64,000 nucleotides of DNA from Octopus sinensis (taxonomy: Eukaryota): NCBI RefSeq assembly GCF_006345805.1, contig NC_042999.1:28768001-28832000 (forward strand), read 5' to 3'. Shown in pieces: positions 42,319-55,568 of this stretch. Positions within the stretch are counted from its first letter, which is position 1; each line of letters opens with the position of its first letter. The translations under genes were made by a program, and so were the position numbers. The notes under the pieces are model-generated. The model saw only the letters and a list, made by a program, of their open reading frames with translations, was not told the origin of the DNA and ran no database searches.

Positions 42319-42617
42319 TAGTATTGAATATCTGGCGTTCTTGTCATCTTTCATGTATATGTTCGTTCACATCAGGGCTACGAAAGATCTTTGCATGTTT
42401 TTGTTGTTCGTAATTATTCTTACCAGTATGTAATTCCCGACGAAGAATCTAATTTTTATTTCATGAATAGGTTTACGTTATTGTCTTGGGAATGAATTAG
42501 ACTCACAAATAATTTGTAGAAGGTATAATGATTCTATACCAACAAGGATTATGAATTGAATTAATGTTCGTCTATATTTACAAATTTTCCTTCCTTTGTA
42601 CTTCATTCATATATATA

Positions 42618-43330
42618 TGCGAGGTGGTATCAGAAAGCTTCCGGACCAGTTCTATAGTATGCCAACAGATAGTAGCAAAAAGTTGCGTGTGCAGTGATTT
42701 TCATGAGGCCGTGTTTTGAGTGACGTTGCTGTGTTTACTTAGCAAGTTGTGAACTTTGTGTTCTTGCGTTCACGTGTATGTTGTAGTCTGCGATTTTTGT
42801 CACGGATTGGAAGCTGGTGCAATAATTATCTTGAAATCTAACATAGCACATGTGATGTTTGTTACAGAGCTATTGACGATGATTCAGAAAGCTCAAAGTG
42901 AGCGATCTGCAAGACATGCCAGGAGCATTACCTCAGAAAATGTGAAGAACATTCATTCGGCTTTTGCATGAGGATCGCCGGATGACATTCAACAACATTG
43001 CTGAGTTGTTGGTCTGCGTTATGTTGCCGTGCGGGCAATCCTAACGTCCGCAAAATATTGGATCCTTCACTCCTCAAAAACAACATGGCGTAACTTCCGC
43101 ACCCGTCTGATTCGACAGATTTAGCACCTGCAGCATTCAATCTCTTCCCCGAGATGGAAACGAAGCTCAAAGTAGGCCATTTTAAAACAACTGTCGAGAT
43201 CACGAGAAAATCGCAGAAGGCCATCAATTTGCTCAAGGAAAACGAATTCCAGATCTGCTTCCAAAGCATTACTTTGTATACCGGGCGGATTAAATGAACG
43301 TCGAAGCAATGTTATTACTATGTTCCAAGT
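42618..43330 (+). mobile_element. Internally deleted mariner, same family as 34211-34922
   Basis: 5' TIR cgaggtggtatcagaaag..ccggac; LPHPSDSTDLAPAAFNLFPEMETKLKVGHFKTTVEITRKSQK. Confidence 0.75.
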
Positions 43331-43399
43331 GTGTTAGTCATTCAGGAAATGTTTAAATGCAGAATAAATGGGATTGAAATGCATGGTATATTCCTTCAA

Positions 43400-44620
43400 G
43401 ACCCACGTCTAACCCTAAATCCTTCCACTGATAGAAGTGACGTAACGTTTGCAGAAAGGCGCTAATATTGTGCCTCTGTCTCTAAGATCAACGCATAATC
43501 TTAATGGACATAATATCTTCTCAGGTCCTAAAGTTGTCACCCGTCTTCTTTCAGATATTTTTCTTCGGTTACTGTGAATTTCCATACACTCTCTCGTGCA
43601 GCCTGTTCAAGGCTTCTCTTTACGGTTGCCAACTTGACTAGCAAGATAAAATTGTCAGTTGATGTTTATTTTGAGAAGCCAATTACTCGACATGTCACAC
43701 AGTTCGGCTGAATCGAAAACATGCATATGCCAAGTGAGCCTCTTAATCACGCAGCCAGGCCTGATTCTATTGCGGATGTTAACGCTAAATTTCCGCTTGA
43801 AGAACGTAGCAAATCTCATTGTAATTTCATTAAACAGCAGTGACCTCTGCAGTTTGGTATTGAATTTAAGTTGTATACGACAGAACCATAATTTTCCTTT
43901 AAGGAGTGTATTGTAGGTTGTCGAGAGTTCAACATCTGTGATATCCTGGATTTTGCTACTATACAACATTAATAGAGTGGCGAAAGGTTATCATCTCCTG
44001 AAGTACTTCAGAGTTTCGACCAATATTGTAGTCATGAAATTTCCAATTACATACTTCACTTATTGCTGCCTCCTATTCTCGAGGAAAATTTGAGTGGTTT
44101 CTGTTTTGAATCACTCCCAGCCCAAAGGTCATTTCCTTTTAACGTGATATTTCCTTGTTGACACACAGTAATATCTTCCTGAAAAAATTACTTTGCATAT
44201 CGGATCTTCATTTTGCACATTGTGTCCATTGTGACTCTATTCCGAATGTGAAGTATATACTCAGTATTTTACAGCAGCTGTAAATGCCTAATCACCATCA
44301 CCTACCACGATGCTGTGCAATTCCTCGTGTTCAATGGCGTGTCGAATCTGGTGTAATGATGCATAACCTCAATGCTGCCTTTCAAAAATTCCATTGCATA
44401 TGAAAGAGTGTGTGTGGAAACGGGCAGAAATATTTGGCAGATTATATCAGTCACCTACCACAAAGATTTCTCCTTTTACGTTATGGACATAACATCTGGG
44501 TTGGTAAGTAAGTTTTAGATGCGACACATGGATGTCTTGAAATCTACCCTCTATCATCGATGTAAGCATTAGCATCACGTCTCAAACATCATTTTCTCAT
44601 TTACATTCAGTAAGGAAATT
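43400..44620 (-). mobile_element. Possible highly decayed Mutator-like transposase relic
   Basis: Minus strand IVVGDGD at about 44290-44315, with upstream KYFC..H..WNF and downstream KGKLWFCRIQ, loosely matching MULE VGDGD and PKG..SWC motifs. No intact ORF. Confidence 0.35.
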
Positions 44621-45499
44621 GAAGGAAATTTAATAAGGGTTTATGCGTTCGGCTGCGGGTAAATTCTGCCCTAATCAGGCAATGCACTAATACGTTACAT
44701 TTTTAATCTGGATAAAAAATGAGAAATATTTATAAGGTTCAACATACCATTATTGTAGCTCGACTATTAATTCATACTATTCCCAGTTTAATTAAAAATT
44801 TGTCACTACCTTCCTTGTTAATTAGGTTCAACCCACTGATTCCTTCAAAACATCATTTACCAACAATGCATTCTGTATCTACATTTATTTTAGTATCTCA
44901 AGTTCGGTCTCCGTGTAGCTTGACAGTTCATTTCATTCGGATGACTTAAACTTGACACATATATCCTCACTGCCATCCACAGATATATTCATCGTACTTC
45001 TATGATTTGCCACTTGAGAATTATCAGTATATATAGTCTGATTGGCATACCGATTCTGCGTATTATTTTGACTTGTAAACTAGAATTACTTTCTTTGTAT
45101 TGAACAACTTCTCATTGCAGACTTGTTCAAGCATTTCCGAACTAAGTGTGTGGGAGTTTTTGTCCATTCACATTACAGCTGCCACTATCACGTGCATATA
45201 CATATATACGCATACTCTCACACACACACGCGCACAAACATATATACTTACACACATAATTATATACATGCATATACAGGTATATGTAAATACGTCTGTA
45301 TATGAATTTATATTTATTCAGTGTGTATATGTATATAACTTAGATAACTTAGATATGTTTAGACCAAAGATTGGTCCAGGCCATGTCTAACTTAATAGCA
45401 CCACCTGATAAGATTATTCGAATCCTGTTTAAGTCAAGTTTTGTTTAAGTCATGTTTTGTTCAAGTAGTGAGTTCTTGTTGGGTCAGTTGTATCAAGTT

Positions 45500-48469
45500 T
45501 TGTTCAAGTAGTGAGTTCTTGTTGGGTGAGTTGTATCCAATTATGGGTGGCTTATCTGGTATTCTTTGAAGGAATCTATCCAGACTCCGTTTAAAGTTGA
45601 TGGGATCCTTTTCCTCTTTGATCTCCCTCGGGACAATGTTAAATAGGACAGGGCCTGTTGAGGAAAAGAAATTACGTTGCAGTGTACATGTATGTCGTGA
45701 TCTTGAATTGGGCAGGGGAATTATGGCCCGTGGTCCCAGGCTTGGATGAACATTGAAGCTAATGTTAAGGTTGTTTGGGCAAAGTTGGCGGTATATTCTT
45801 CACATCGTACAAATGATGTACCGCTCACGGCGACGCTGGAGGGAGTAAAGTTTCAAGGCTTTAAGGCGATCCCAATAATCGAGAGCAGCCATGCCTTCAA
45901 TTCGTTTAGTGAGTGCCCTCTGGGGTGACTCAATCCTGGAGATGTTTTGTCTTGTATGGGGAGACCACAGTGGACAGCAGTAATCAAGGTGTGGCGGTAC
46001 AAAGGAGGAGAAAATTGGTATGATGACACCTTGTTCTCTGGACCGGAAAGTTCTTAAGATCCAGGAACTCATCCTACGAGCTATATCGACCTTCTTGTTG
46101 ATGTATGCACTCCAACTGAGATCGTCATCAACAATTACACCCAGGTCTCTGATATTGTTAGAGGCTGTGAGCGGTTTCCCTGAAGGAAGAGAGTATGGCT
46201 GTTTTAGTGAGGAATTTCTTCCAAAATGCATCAGCTCACACTTTCCCTCATTCAGTTGCATTTTGTTTCTGTCTACCCATTGACTCACAGCATATAGATC
46301 AGACTGGAGTTGAGTTCGGTCTGCTTCTTCATTGACGATTTGCTGGAGCTTAGTGTCATCAGCAAATATTTTCACTTTGCAGTAATGTACGACACTGGAA
46401 AGGTCGTTTATGTAAATTATGAAGAGTAGCGGACCCAAAACAGTCCCCTGGGGAACACCGCTGGTGACTTTTGCTGGTCTTGAGTGGACTCCATCAACTA
46501 CAACATGTTGTGTTCTATTCGCCAGGAAATACTTAATCCAGTGTAGAACTTTTCCACGGATTCCAACATTTGCCAATTTTGAGAGTAGGATATTATGGTC
46601 TACCCTGTCGAACGCTTTACTGAAGTCAAGATATATGACGTCAGAGTTCGAACCTGTTCCCAAGGCTTTGAGTACATCTTTAATGTGGTGTAAGAGCTGT
46701 GTTAGACAGTCCCTGTCACAGCGAAAGCCATGCTGATTTGCATTTAGGAGTTTGTGGGTCTCCAGGAAGTCAGCTATCCTTGATCTTAACACTCTTTCAA
46801 ACACTTTAATGATGTGGGAGGTGAGTGAGATTGGGCGATAGTTGACTGCGAGGGATCTGTTTCCCTGTTTGAAAACCTGGTTGACCGACTGGGATAGAAA
46901 CTGTTTCGGTATATAACCTGTGTCTAACGAATTTCTCCAGAGGTTGGTCAGAGGGACTGCAAGTTGGTGTCTACATTCCTTCAGGAGACTAGCGGGGAAT
47001 CTATCAGGGCCTACAGCAGAGTAGTATTTGACCTCATTTATTGCTGCTACGATGTCAGTGGCAGTGAAGGTTATGTCTGAGATTTTATGTTGGGAGTCAA
47101 CTTCGTTTGTTTCTCTTACGTCAATATCAGTGGGAACACTAAAGACAGAGCAGTATTGTTTCTGCAGTATTTCTGCCATTTCTTTAGCATCGTGTTGGGG
47201 AATGCCGTTATCACCAATCAATGGCCCAATGGGTGAGACACTGGTTCTATGCTTATTTGCATAAGAATAGAACACTTTTGGGTTCTGTTTGATGTTTTTG
47301 ATTACCCACTGTTCATCCACAGCTCTTTGATTTTCAATGGAGGTTTTCATGTTGGTCTGCAGATGAAGTTTTTCCAGCTCTAGTCTTTTCATTGTTGTTG
47401 AATGTGGATGTTGTGTGTGGGAATATTTTAATTGGTTGATTTTTTTGTTGAGTCTTTTGATGCGCCTAATGAGTGTTTTTTTCTTTTTAGGGAGCCGGTT
47501 TCTGTTAGTATTAGTAGATTTCGTGAGAGCGTGTTTAGAACATGCATAGGTGACAATGTTTTCAAAGTGCTGCCACGCGGTCTCAATATGAGAGAAATTG
47601 AGAGTAAAAGACCAGTCGATGGAAGACAGATCCTTTCTGATTGCTCCCCAGTCCGGTTTGTGGAAGTTTATGTTGTCAAATGGGTGCCATGGAGTGGGAT
47701 TGGCTGGTTTGCTTTTTATATGTCGGGAATTAAAATTGCAGAGTACCATGTCGTGGTCTGAGAGGAAAGTTTTTTCGACTGAAATACTGTGAACGTAGCT
47801 AGAGTGATTGGTCAATATCAGATCCAAGATCGTTTTATTCTGCCTCGTTGGTTCGAGCACTAGCTGAGTCAGGAAGAACTCATCCATCAGATTAAAGAGC
47901 AGTTCTGCTGGTGCTCTATCTGATGTAGAGCACTTGCCTAACTTCAGAGTATTTGTGGGCCAGTTCACATGAGGGAGGTTAAAATCACCCATCACTAGTA
48001 TGTTTCCGGAGTTGTACTTCCGAAGGAAGGACTTGACTTTGCTAAGGCACTCTTCAAAGCACTTTAGAGGTGCCTGGGGAGGCCTGTAAAGACCAACAAT
48101 GATTATGTCGTTGGCTTTGCTGAATAGTGATACCGATTCACAGTAGCCATTGGAAAATATGTTCTTGGCATCAAGTGTAAAGGAGTCATGGATAAAGATG
48201 TCTGTCCCTCCCTTATTTCGGTCTGTGCGATCCGCACGAACAATGGTGAAATCTTTTATTTTCACCTCTGCGTCCATATGGGTGTTGTTCAGGTGAGTCT
48301 CGGTAAGGATAAAGAAAGGGAAGCAATGTGCCATTTCGGCAAGCCAACTCTATATATATGGGATCTTCCATTTTTGAGCAATAATTCATGGGTTGATGCC
48401 ACGTACATTTAACAGGAATGTCGAGGTAAGGGAAGTTGGTAATGGGTGAGTGGTCCTTGTGATTTGCAT
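45500..48469 (-). pseudogene. LINE ORF2: apurinic endonuclease plus reverse transcriptase
   Basis: LLNVRG, ILTETHL, YRPP, MGDFNLP, LDLILTN, SDHD; NYRPISLTS, QHGFR, YLDFSKAFDRVDH, GVPQGTVLGPLLF, IFADDTK, YSLQRRRERY. The 844-aa open stretch is 45800-48334. ATG at 48469; stops near 48387, 48350 and 45800; C-terminal frameshift. Confidence 0.93.
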
Positions 48470-49678
48470 AGTTGGTTGGTGATAGCTCGCTGGATCTCCT
48501 GGCTTAGGTCGGCCTTTATATTTTCTAGGTATGTCAGTAAAAAAGAGTTACTTGTTTGGTTTGCCACTTGGTCAGAGGATACGTACTTCATGTTGGCGTT
48601 ATTTGGTGTTTTTTCATGGTTCTGTTTACGTTGTTTGATTGTAGGAGGGGAAACGTGGTTGTATTTTGTTATTGTTGTTGTCCTAGATTTCCTCTGTTCC
48701 TGTTTATATTTATTCTGTGATCGTTTTGTGCCCTTCCGATGGTGGTGTTTGCATTCTTGGTTCAGGCACATCCTTTGTGACACAGAAGTTTGGCACAGTT
48801 TAGGATGGAATAAGCTGCATCCATTGCCTTTTGTGCATCCGTATTTAGGATCAGAACCATGGATTCTGTATTTAGGACAGTATTTGGGGTGGAGGTGGGG
48901 GCAGTTTTTTCCTGTTATACCATATGGACAGGTGCCTTTAACAAGTCTACGACATAAGGTAGGATGGGAAAAAGCACAGCATCCATTGTTGTTTGTGCCG
49001 CTGGGGCCAAATCTACAGTTGCCTTTAGAATAGTAACGGCAGGGGATTTTATGTGGTTGTAGTAGTGGTTTTTTCTATTCTGGCTGTAGTAGCAGTAGTG
49101 TCAGAAGCAGGTTGTTGATTTTGTGATAGTGGGTTCTGGCTTGCCAGAATGTGGACAAATCTGCAGCTGCCTTGAGAGTAGTAACGGCAGGTAGTTTTAT
49201 GTGGATGTAGTAGTGATTTTTCTATTCTGGCTGTAGTAGCAGTAGTAGAGTGTTGTTGTTGTAGCAACATTGAAACTTGACTTGTAGCAGTATTAGAGGG
49301 TTGTTGTTGTTTTTGTTGCTGTAGCGGCAGTGAAACTTGACTTGGTTCGTTAGGTGCTGGTGCCAATGGAAGTAGGTCAGTTGATTGTTGCTGTTCAAGT
49401 GTCCCCTGACCTGTTGTAATTTGGTCATTTGGTGCACTGCATTCATTGGCAAGAATGGCTTCTAGTGTAGCCATGTGTGCGTGGAAAATAGGAAATATTC
49501 TTTTAATCTCTTTTATTTTGTTTTCGATCTGTTTTACAGATCTGTAAAGGGATTTTTTCGCTAAGTCCTCAGTTATTTTACTGTAAACATTAGCTTCATT
49601 GTGATGGATGAACCAAGCGTTAATCATTGCAGTAATTTCATTTTTAACCCAGCGGCGTTTTTGAATATTATTGGCCAT
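48409..49678 (-). pseudogene. LINE ORF1: Myb/SANT-like N-terminus, Q/T-rich linker, four CCCH zinc fingers; 1-nt frameshift at about 49070
   Basis: MANNIQKRRWVKNEITAMINAW...VYSKITEDL...RSVKQIENKIKEIKR, then CRYYSKGNC..CAFSH, CRRLVKGTC..CPHLH, CPKY..GC..GCSLFH and CQTS..C..CKHHH. Joins ORF-track entries 49049-50011 and 48409-48783. Confidence 0.8.
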
Positions 49679-49782
49679 GTTCAGTGGGATAGTGTTGTGT
49701 ATTATATATATGTATGTGTATGCGTGTATATGTATATGTACTCCAGTTATTGATGGCTTGATGTAAAATAGTGAATACACCG

Positions 49783-49882
<100 letters not shown>

Positions 49883-50101
49883 GCACAGAGAGCGAGAGAA
49901 GTGGGATATGGAAAGGAGCGTATTGTATGTATTTATACACGTTCTTGGAGGCAAGATATTCGATTTCCGTCCAGTATATGCATACAAAATGATGCTGCTC
50001 AGCAATATCAATGCAATTTATTATTATCTTAATTATTATTATTATTATTATTATAATTACTACTACTACTACTACTATTATTATTAATATTATTATTATT
50101 T

Positions 50102-50143
<42 letters not shown>

Positions 50144-51189
50144 GTGTGTGTTGCCTCTATGCACGGAGAAACTACTGAATCAATTTGTACTAAATTTGTA
50201 ATGAAGGTTTTTCCTCTACAAATCTATCCATACATATACATTTGTAACGACCGACATGTGGTCATGTATGTCTATGAGTGACTCTCTTCCTATATAGTAT
50301 TACATACCGCGATTATCGACATGTAACTTTTCACTTCCCTTTAAACAATATAACATTTCATAGACGTAATATTTCTACAGTCAACTATGGTACAGGACAT
50401 TGTATATAATTGTGCACGTGCCTCTGTGGTTGTGTGTGAGTGTGTGTCTGAGTGTGAGTTTGTGTGTGTGTGTGTTTGCGAGTTCGATGCGTACGAGATA
50501 GTAAAGGACATATATGGCCACGATGACTCGCGATTTGCATGTGTGTACGTGTGTGTGAGTGTATGTGTGTGGGTATATGAGCGTCTATGTTTCTCTGACA
50601 GTGTGTGTGCTTCCGCGTTAGGCACGTTATTAAATACAAACACACATCTACACATACATATACATAGGTGACAACTGACGTGCATGAATGTATGTACATT
50701 TGTGTCTCTCTTACTATATGTATGTGTCTGGGTGTCTGCTCATCATCACAGTTTGTATATCAATGTGCATGTCTCTTTGGCGGTGTGTGCTTCCGCATGG
50801 GTTATGTACCTTATTAAAAATACACATACATCCCCACATACATATACATATATGATGAGAACGGCTGGAGCTGAAACTCTTGGCAAAGGACAATTTGGTG
50901 ACAGGTGCAAGGTATATCAAAATAAATATCTGTCATTCGATTAACAGTTCATAAATATTGCAGCTCATAAATATTGCAGTTTATAACTATTAGTTTACAC
51001 TGAATACAAAGATACAGACATGCGCCATATATACAATTGCTTACAAAAATAGAGAATAATGCATATTCTTTCTTTTTTCGAAATTGTTAGTTTTAAATAT
51101 TAAAGAGAAGTATTCCCACAACGAAGGAAGGTGATCTCTTCAGAAACGCCATATACTTATATATATATAAGTTCAGCAAAATTTAGTTT

Positions 51190-51390
51190 CAAATGAATAT
51201 GGTACTTAAGTCCGATACACCAGAATTTTGTACGGCATTATCCATATAAATCCATGGGGTTATTATAATCAAAGTAAGCAACAAGAATCTCTTCGGTAAT
51301 TTGGTACGATCGTTTCATGCTACATCATTTTATTAATCATTGTAAGTATTACATCAATTTTAAAATGTTGAGCAATCTTCAGACATTCAT
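51190..51390 (-). mobile_element. Diverged PLE pLTR fragment with hammerhead core, related to 58060-58190
   Basis: Shares gaatatggtac.taa...gat.cacca...ggggt.attataa...aaag.agcaacaagaat with 58077-58175. Minus strand reads CUGAAGA-UUGCU(55 nt)AGCAU-GAAA-CGAUCG-UA. Confidence 0.6.
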
Positions 51391-53905
51391 AGAGGTTTTC
51401 CATCAATACATATACTTATTTCCATGTCAATTGTTAACTTTATAAAGTGGGTAGATAAACAGACAGAGAGCTTGATTGGATTGTTAAGAACATCATAGTG
51501 TTAGAATTTATCTTCTGACTGTAGATTTTTCTTTTAGTTATTTGGATCTGCTAGTGAGGAGGGAGGGTTATTTGGTTGAATGGAGACAAATACTTTTTCT
51601 ATTTATAGATATAGGGAGGGGTAAAATAAAGGTTACGATTCATTGATTCTCCGGAGAGAGAACAAGACTCCCACAGCAGATGCGAGGCATTTTTATGGTT
51701 AGATAATTGCTATATGTCCACCAAACAACTTTCCCATTCTAATGAATTTTATTGTACGTGATACGGTGGAATCTGAACTTAAACCGTAAACACAGACGAA
51801 ATGTCGCTAAGCATTTTCTGCGGTACATTCCGAGATGTATCAATTTGAAGTTTATATTGGTAAACTCTGAAAAGAAAAAGAAAAAGAAAAATTATCACTA
51901 TGTTGTTTGAGATCTTAGGCAATGAAAAAAATGCATTTCTAACATAAATTTGTAAGTTTATTGCATTGGAAAGAACGTTTACAAACTTCGATGAACACAT
52001 AATGAAAAGATACGTGCACTTTAGCTTAAATACTCTCCTTTGTATTATTCAACAGTAATGAAATGTTGTATCCAATTTCAAATGTCACATAATGCAAAAG
52101 GAACATTTGTAAAAGTGTATGGTTGATAATTTCCACTGTACCGTGTGTTGTAATCATTTGTTCCGGGTAGCTGATATGGTGCAAATACATTGTTCAATAA
52201 AGTCAAAAGAAGGAAGAGAAAATGTCACGTATATTCTTCCTATTAGCAAAGCAGAAAGTACGCATTAGTTATTGTTACTGTATACAAAAATTATACGATT
52301 TTAATGAAAGGAAGTACAATGCGAATATCTGTCCATGTAAAACTAAAGATTAATTGCTTATGTTATGCAACCTTTGATATTTACGATGTTTTGAGACAAA
52401 CCTTTATGGATATTTGTAATACATTCATCTCCTGTATTAAAGGTGATTTGTATAATCTAACGAATTAAGGAAGCTTGTAACAAACATGATTGCAATGTTA
52501 GCAAATATTTAATGAATAATCTTTTCAAATTTGCCACATTTTGGTCTTCTTCATTGTATTTCTCAGTTACAAGTGTTCAAAAAGTAATGCTGCTAAATAG
52601 CAAGTCTTCTTAGAGAGAACATAAGCATAAATAATAAAGATACATTAAAGAACAATGAAATAACCAGAAAATATGAATGAAAGAATGAAGCTGGAAGACA
52701 TGTCAGGTTGCTTCAGACGTGGAGAAATTTAGCGACAGCTATTATCTTGGGACTTATGTAGGTGACGTAATGCAAGTATTCCTTACATATTGAAGTATTT
52801 CCGATTCAAAGACACTTCTATTCCTCAGCTCATGTGAAGACAGATTTTTCAATCTGAAATCGAAATATAAAATCGAAGGATGGTTTTCAAGGTCATGTGT
52901 GTTACATATATTACAGTTGTCTCGGGAAAACAAAATAACATCAAATGGTGCGAACTCCAAACAAGAGTTGTGCGCGTGTGTGTGTGTGTGGTGTGTATAC
53001 GTATATATATACACATACATACACACATGTAATGTGTTTATGTGTGTATTCATGAAATGCCCACTCGCTGTGCCTCTGCATGGCCACACTATAGTCTCAG
53101 CATTAAGGGTGATACATATAAGAATATAAAAGAATAGATTATAAACATGTATATATATATATATTATATATATATATATATATTTATATTTACATACATA
53201 CATGTTTATAATCTAGATACATAGATACATAACATACTCACACGCATATATATATATATATATATATAATATATAATATATATAATATATATATATTATT
53301 TGGGGATTATATCACGGAGCTCATAAATTCTGGAACTGTTAGCACGTAAAAATTTGAATGAAAAATACATAGTCATAGAAAACTACGGAATGTTTCAATA
53401 TTTCCAATCACTAACGTTTTTATTCACAACTTTTATGTATATCGAAATCCAATTCCAAAAAGTGTAATTTTGTGCGCTCTGAAAAGATTATAAATTCTAT
53501 GGCGTGCACAATGTTCGGTTTCGCGACTCTCCACGAAGTGATCCTCCCTACTCATTCGTGAAACCCATGCTATCGAGCAAGAATCTTACTCATACTGAGG
53601 CTGTGCCATATACAATCTGGAAATATACAGCTGCAAAGTAAGCATCATAAACATAACGTGTATATATTTCTGCATATGTATATACGTATGTATGTGTGAG
53701 AATGTATATATGTACACGTAACTGCGTATGTTCTTATGGATTTCGCCTATGTATAATTAAATACAATGCCACCCAAAAGCTGGTAACGAAATACGTCGAG
53801 ATAAACATTGAGATATTACTTTAAATGTTAAGCATTGCATTATTTATAATACATACACACACACACACACACACACCACACACACACACACGCACACACA
53901 CATAT

Positions 53906-53942
<37 letters not shown>

Positions 53943-53963
53943 GCCTATATATATATATATGCC

Positions 53964-54000
<37 letters not shown>

Positions 54001-54039
54001 ATATATGTATATATTATACTATGTTCTTGTATGAAGAGT

Positions 54040-54202
54040 GTATACGCGTGTATTTCAGCTTATATCTCGAGTTAATATTCATAGAATACGCGTCGATACA
54101 GTGATACACATGCATATATACACACAAATCGTCCATGGGAACTCCCACATACCCGTGCACAAAAACTTATGCACATACTTACGCAGACACACACACACAC
54201 TG

Positions 54203-54241
<39 letters not shown>

Positions 54242-54442
54242 GTTTTGCGTATATGCGTGTGTGTCTGTGTTCTTGTGTGTACGTTGTGAGTGTGTAGTAT
54301 GTGCTAAACGTGTCTGTGCGCGGGTAATTGTGAGTTCCTATGTTTGATTTCTGTGTATCTATGCATATGTGTCACCATATCGACGCCTATTCTATCAGTA
54401 TTTACTCTCGTTGAGATATAACCTGAAATACAAGCGTATACC
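54040..54442. repeat. Imperfect fold-back (arms of about 150 bp, roughly 75-80% identical) around a CA/TA microsatellite
   Basis: tatacgcgtgtatttcagcttatatctc...gaatacgcgtcgata...ggaactccca.atacccgtgcaca matches the reverse complement of 54245-54442. Confidence 0.75.
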
Positions 54443-54462
54443 CTCTTCACACAGGAACACAG

Positions 54463-54552
<90 letters not shown>

Positions 54553-54697
54553 GCATATACATACGTATATATATATGTATATATATTTAATCAGAATGCA
54601 CTTTCAATTATATTGCATTTTTCTCTCCAAACAATATATTGAATGTAACTGATTTATAAAAATGTCCAAAACACACACACACACACGCACACACACT

Positions 54698-54729
<32 letters not shown>

Positions 54730-54739
54730 CACACACACG

Positions 54740-54788
<49 letters not shown>

Positions 54789-55568
54789 CACATATATATA
54801 TGTATTTATCAGAGGTGAAAATTAATTTCTACTCCATTCAAATAATCCCAATTAATTCCACTTGACGTTCAGGAATGTGTGCAATGATGAAGAGGCTGAA
54901 ACGTGATGAGGAATATTCCAATACTATTCCATATAAACCCAAGAGAATGTATACTACCACTTATGGCCACTAAATTATTTTAAACCTCAACCACAACGAT
55001 ATATCCATATTCCAGCATGTAGTATCTCGTTATGCGTGGGATATGAAATATTCAGTCACATTGCTGAGTTTCTGTACTTTTAACAAATCCTACATATCTA
55101 ACTCTATGTAGAAAAAATAATAGAACATTTTGCTAGTAATGAATTCGTATTTAATATTCCAGCTGATGAAATTGAAATATATTTGACATTGTCCTCTACA
55201 AGTCGGTCGGATTACTTAGGGCTTCGGAGAATTTGAAATGTATCTTAATTATTGGTACATACCTTGTTGATTCATTCTTTGAAAAACTGAAGCACACATA
55301 TATTCAACAATTTTTTATCCAGCACTTTTCTATTTATGTGGCACTCTTAGGATCAATATCAAAATGTCGAACAACGGATGAATTTCCAAATCAACAGAGA
55401 AGACACCCCAGAATATTTCACTGTATTTTTCTGTTATGGCAGTTTTAGTTAAGCGTATTTTGCAAGTTTGTGTGGCTATAATTCAGTTATGCGCATGTAT
55501 ATCTGAATACATATCTATCAAACATATATTTGTTTGTGTGTGTGTGCTTGTAGATATATAAATATATA

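Larger units (their letters stand above)
45336..49700 (-). mobile_element. Nearly full-length CR1-group LINE (ORF1 + APE-RT ORF2), inactivated
   Basis: Two overlapping ORFs; 3' end has a ggacc/ggtct hairpin and an (atctaagtt)2 tail at about 45336-45354; very short 5' leader next to a microsatellite. Confidence 0.92.

Noticed and set aside
46020-47792. Plus-strand ORFs overlapping the LINE
   Set aside because: They are antisense shadows of the ORF2 reading frame with no recognisable motifs.
50603-50850. About 65-bp direct repeat with a period of about 180 bp
   Set aside because: Mostly low-complexity GT/CA sequence; nothing suggests a function.
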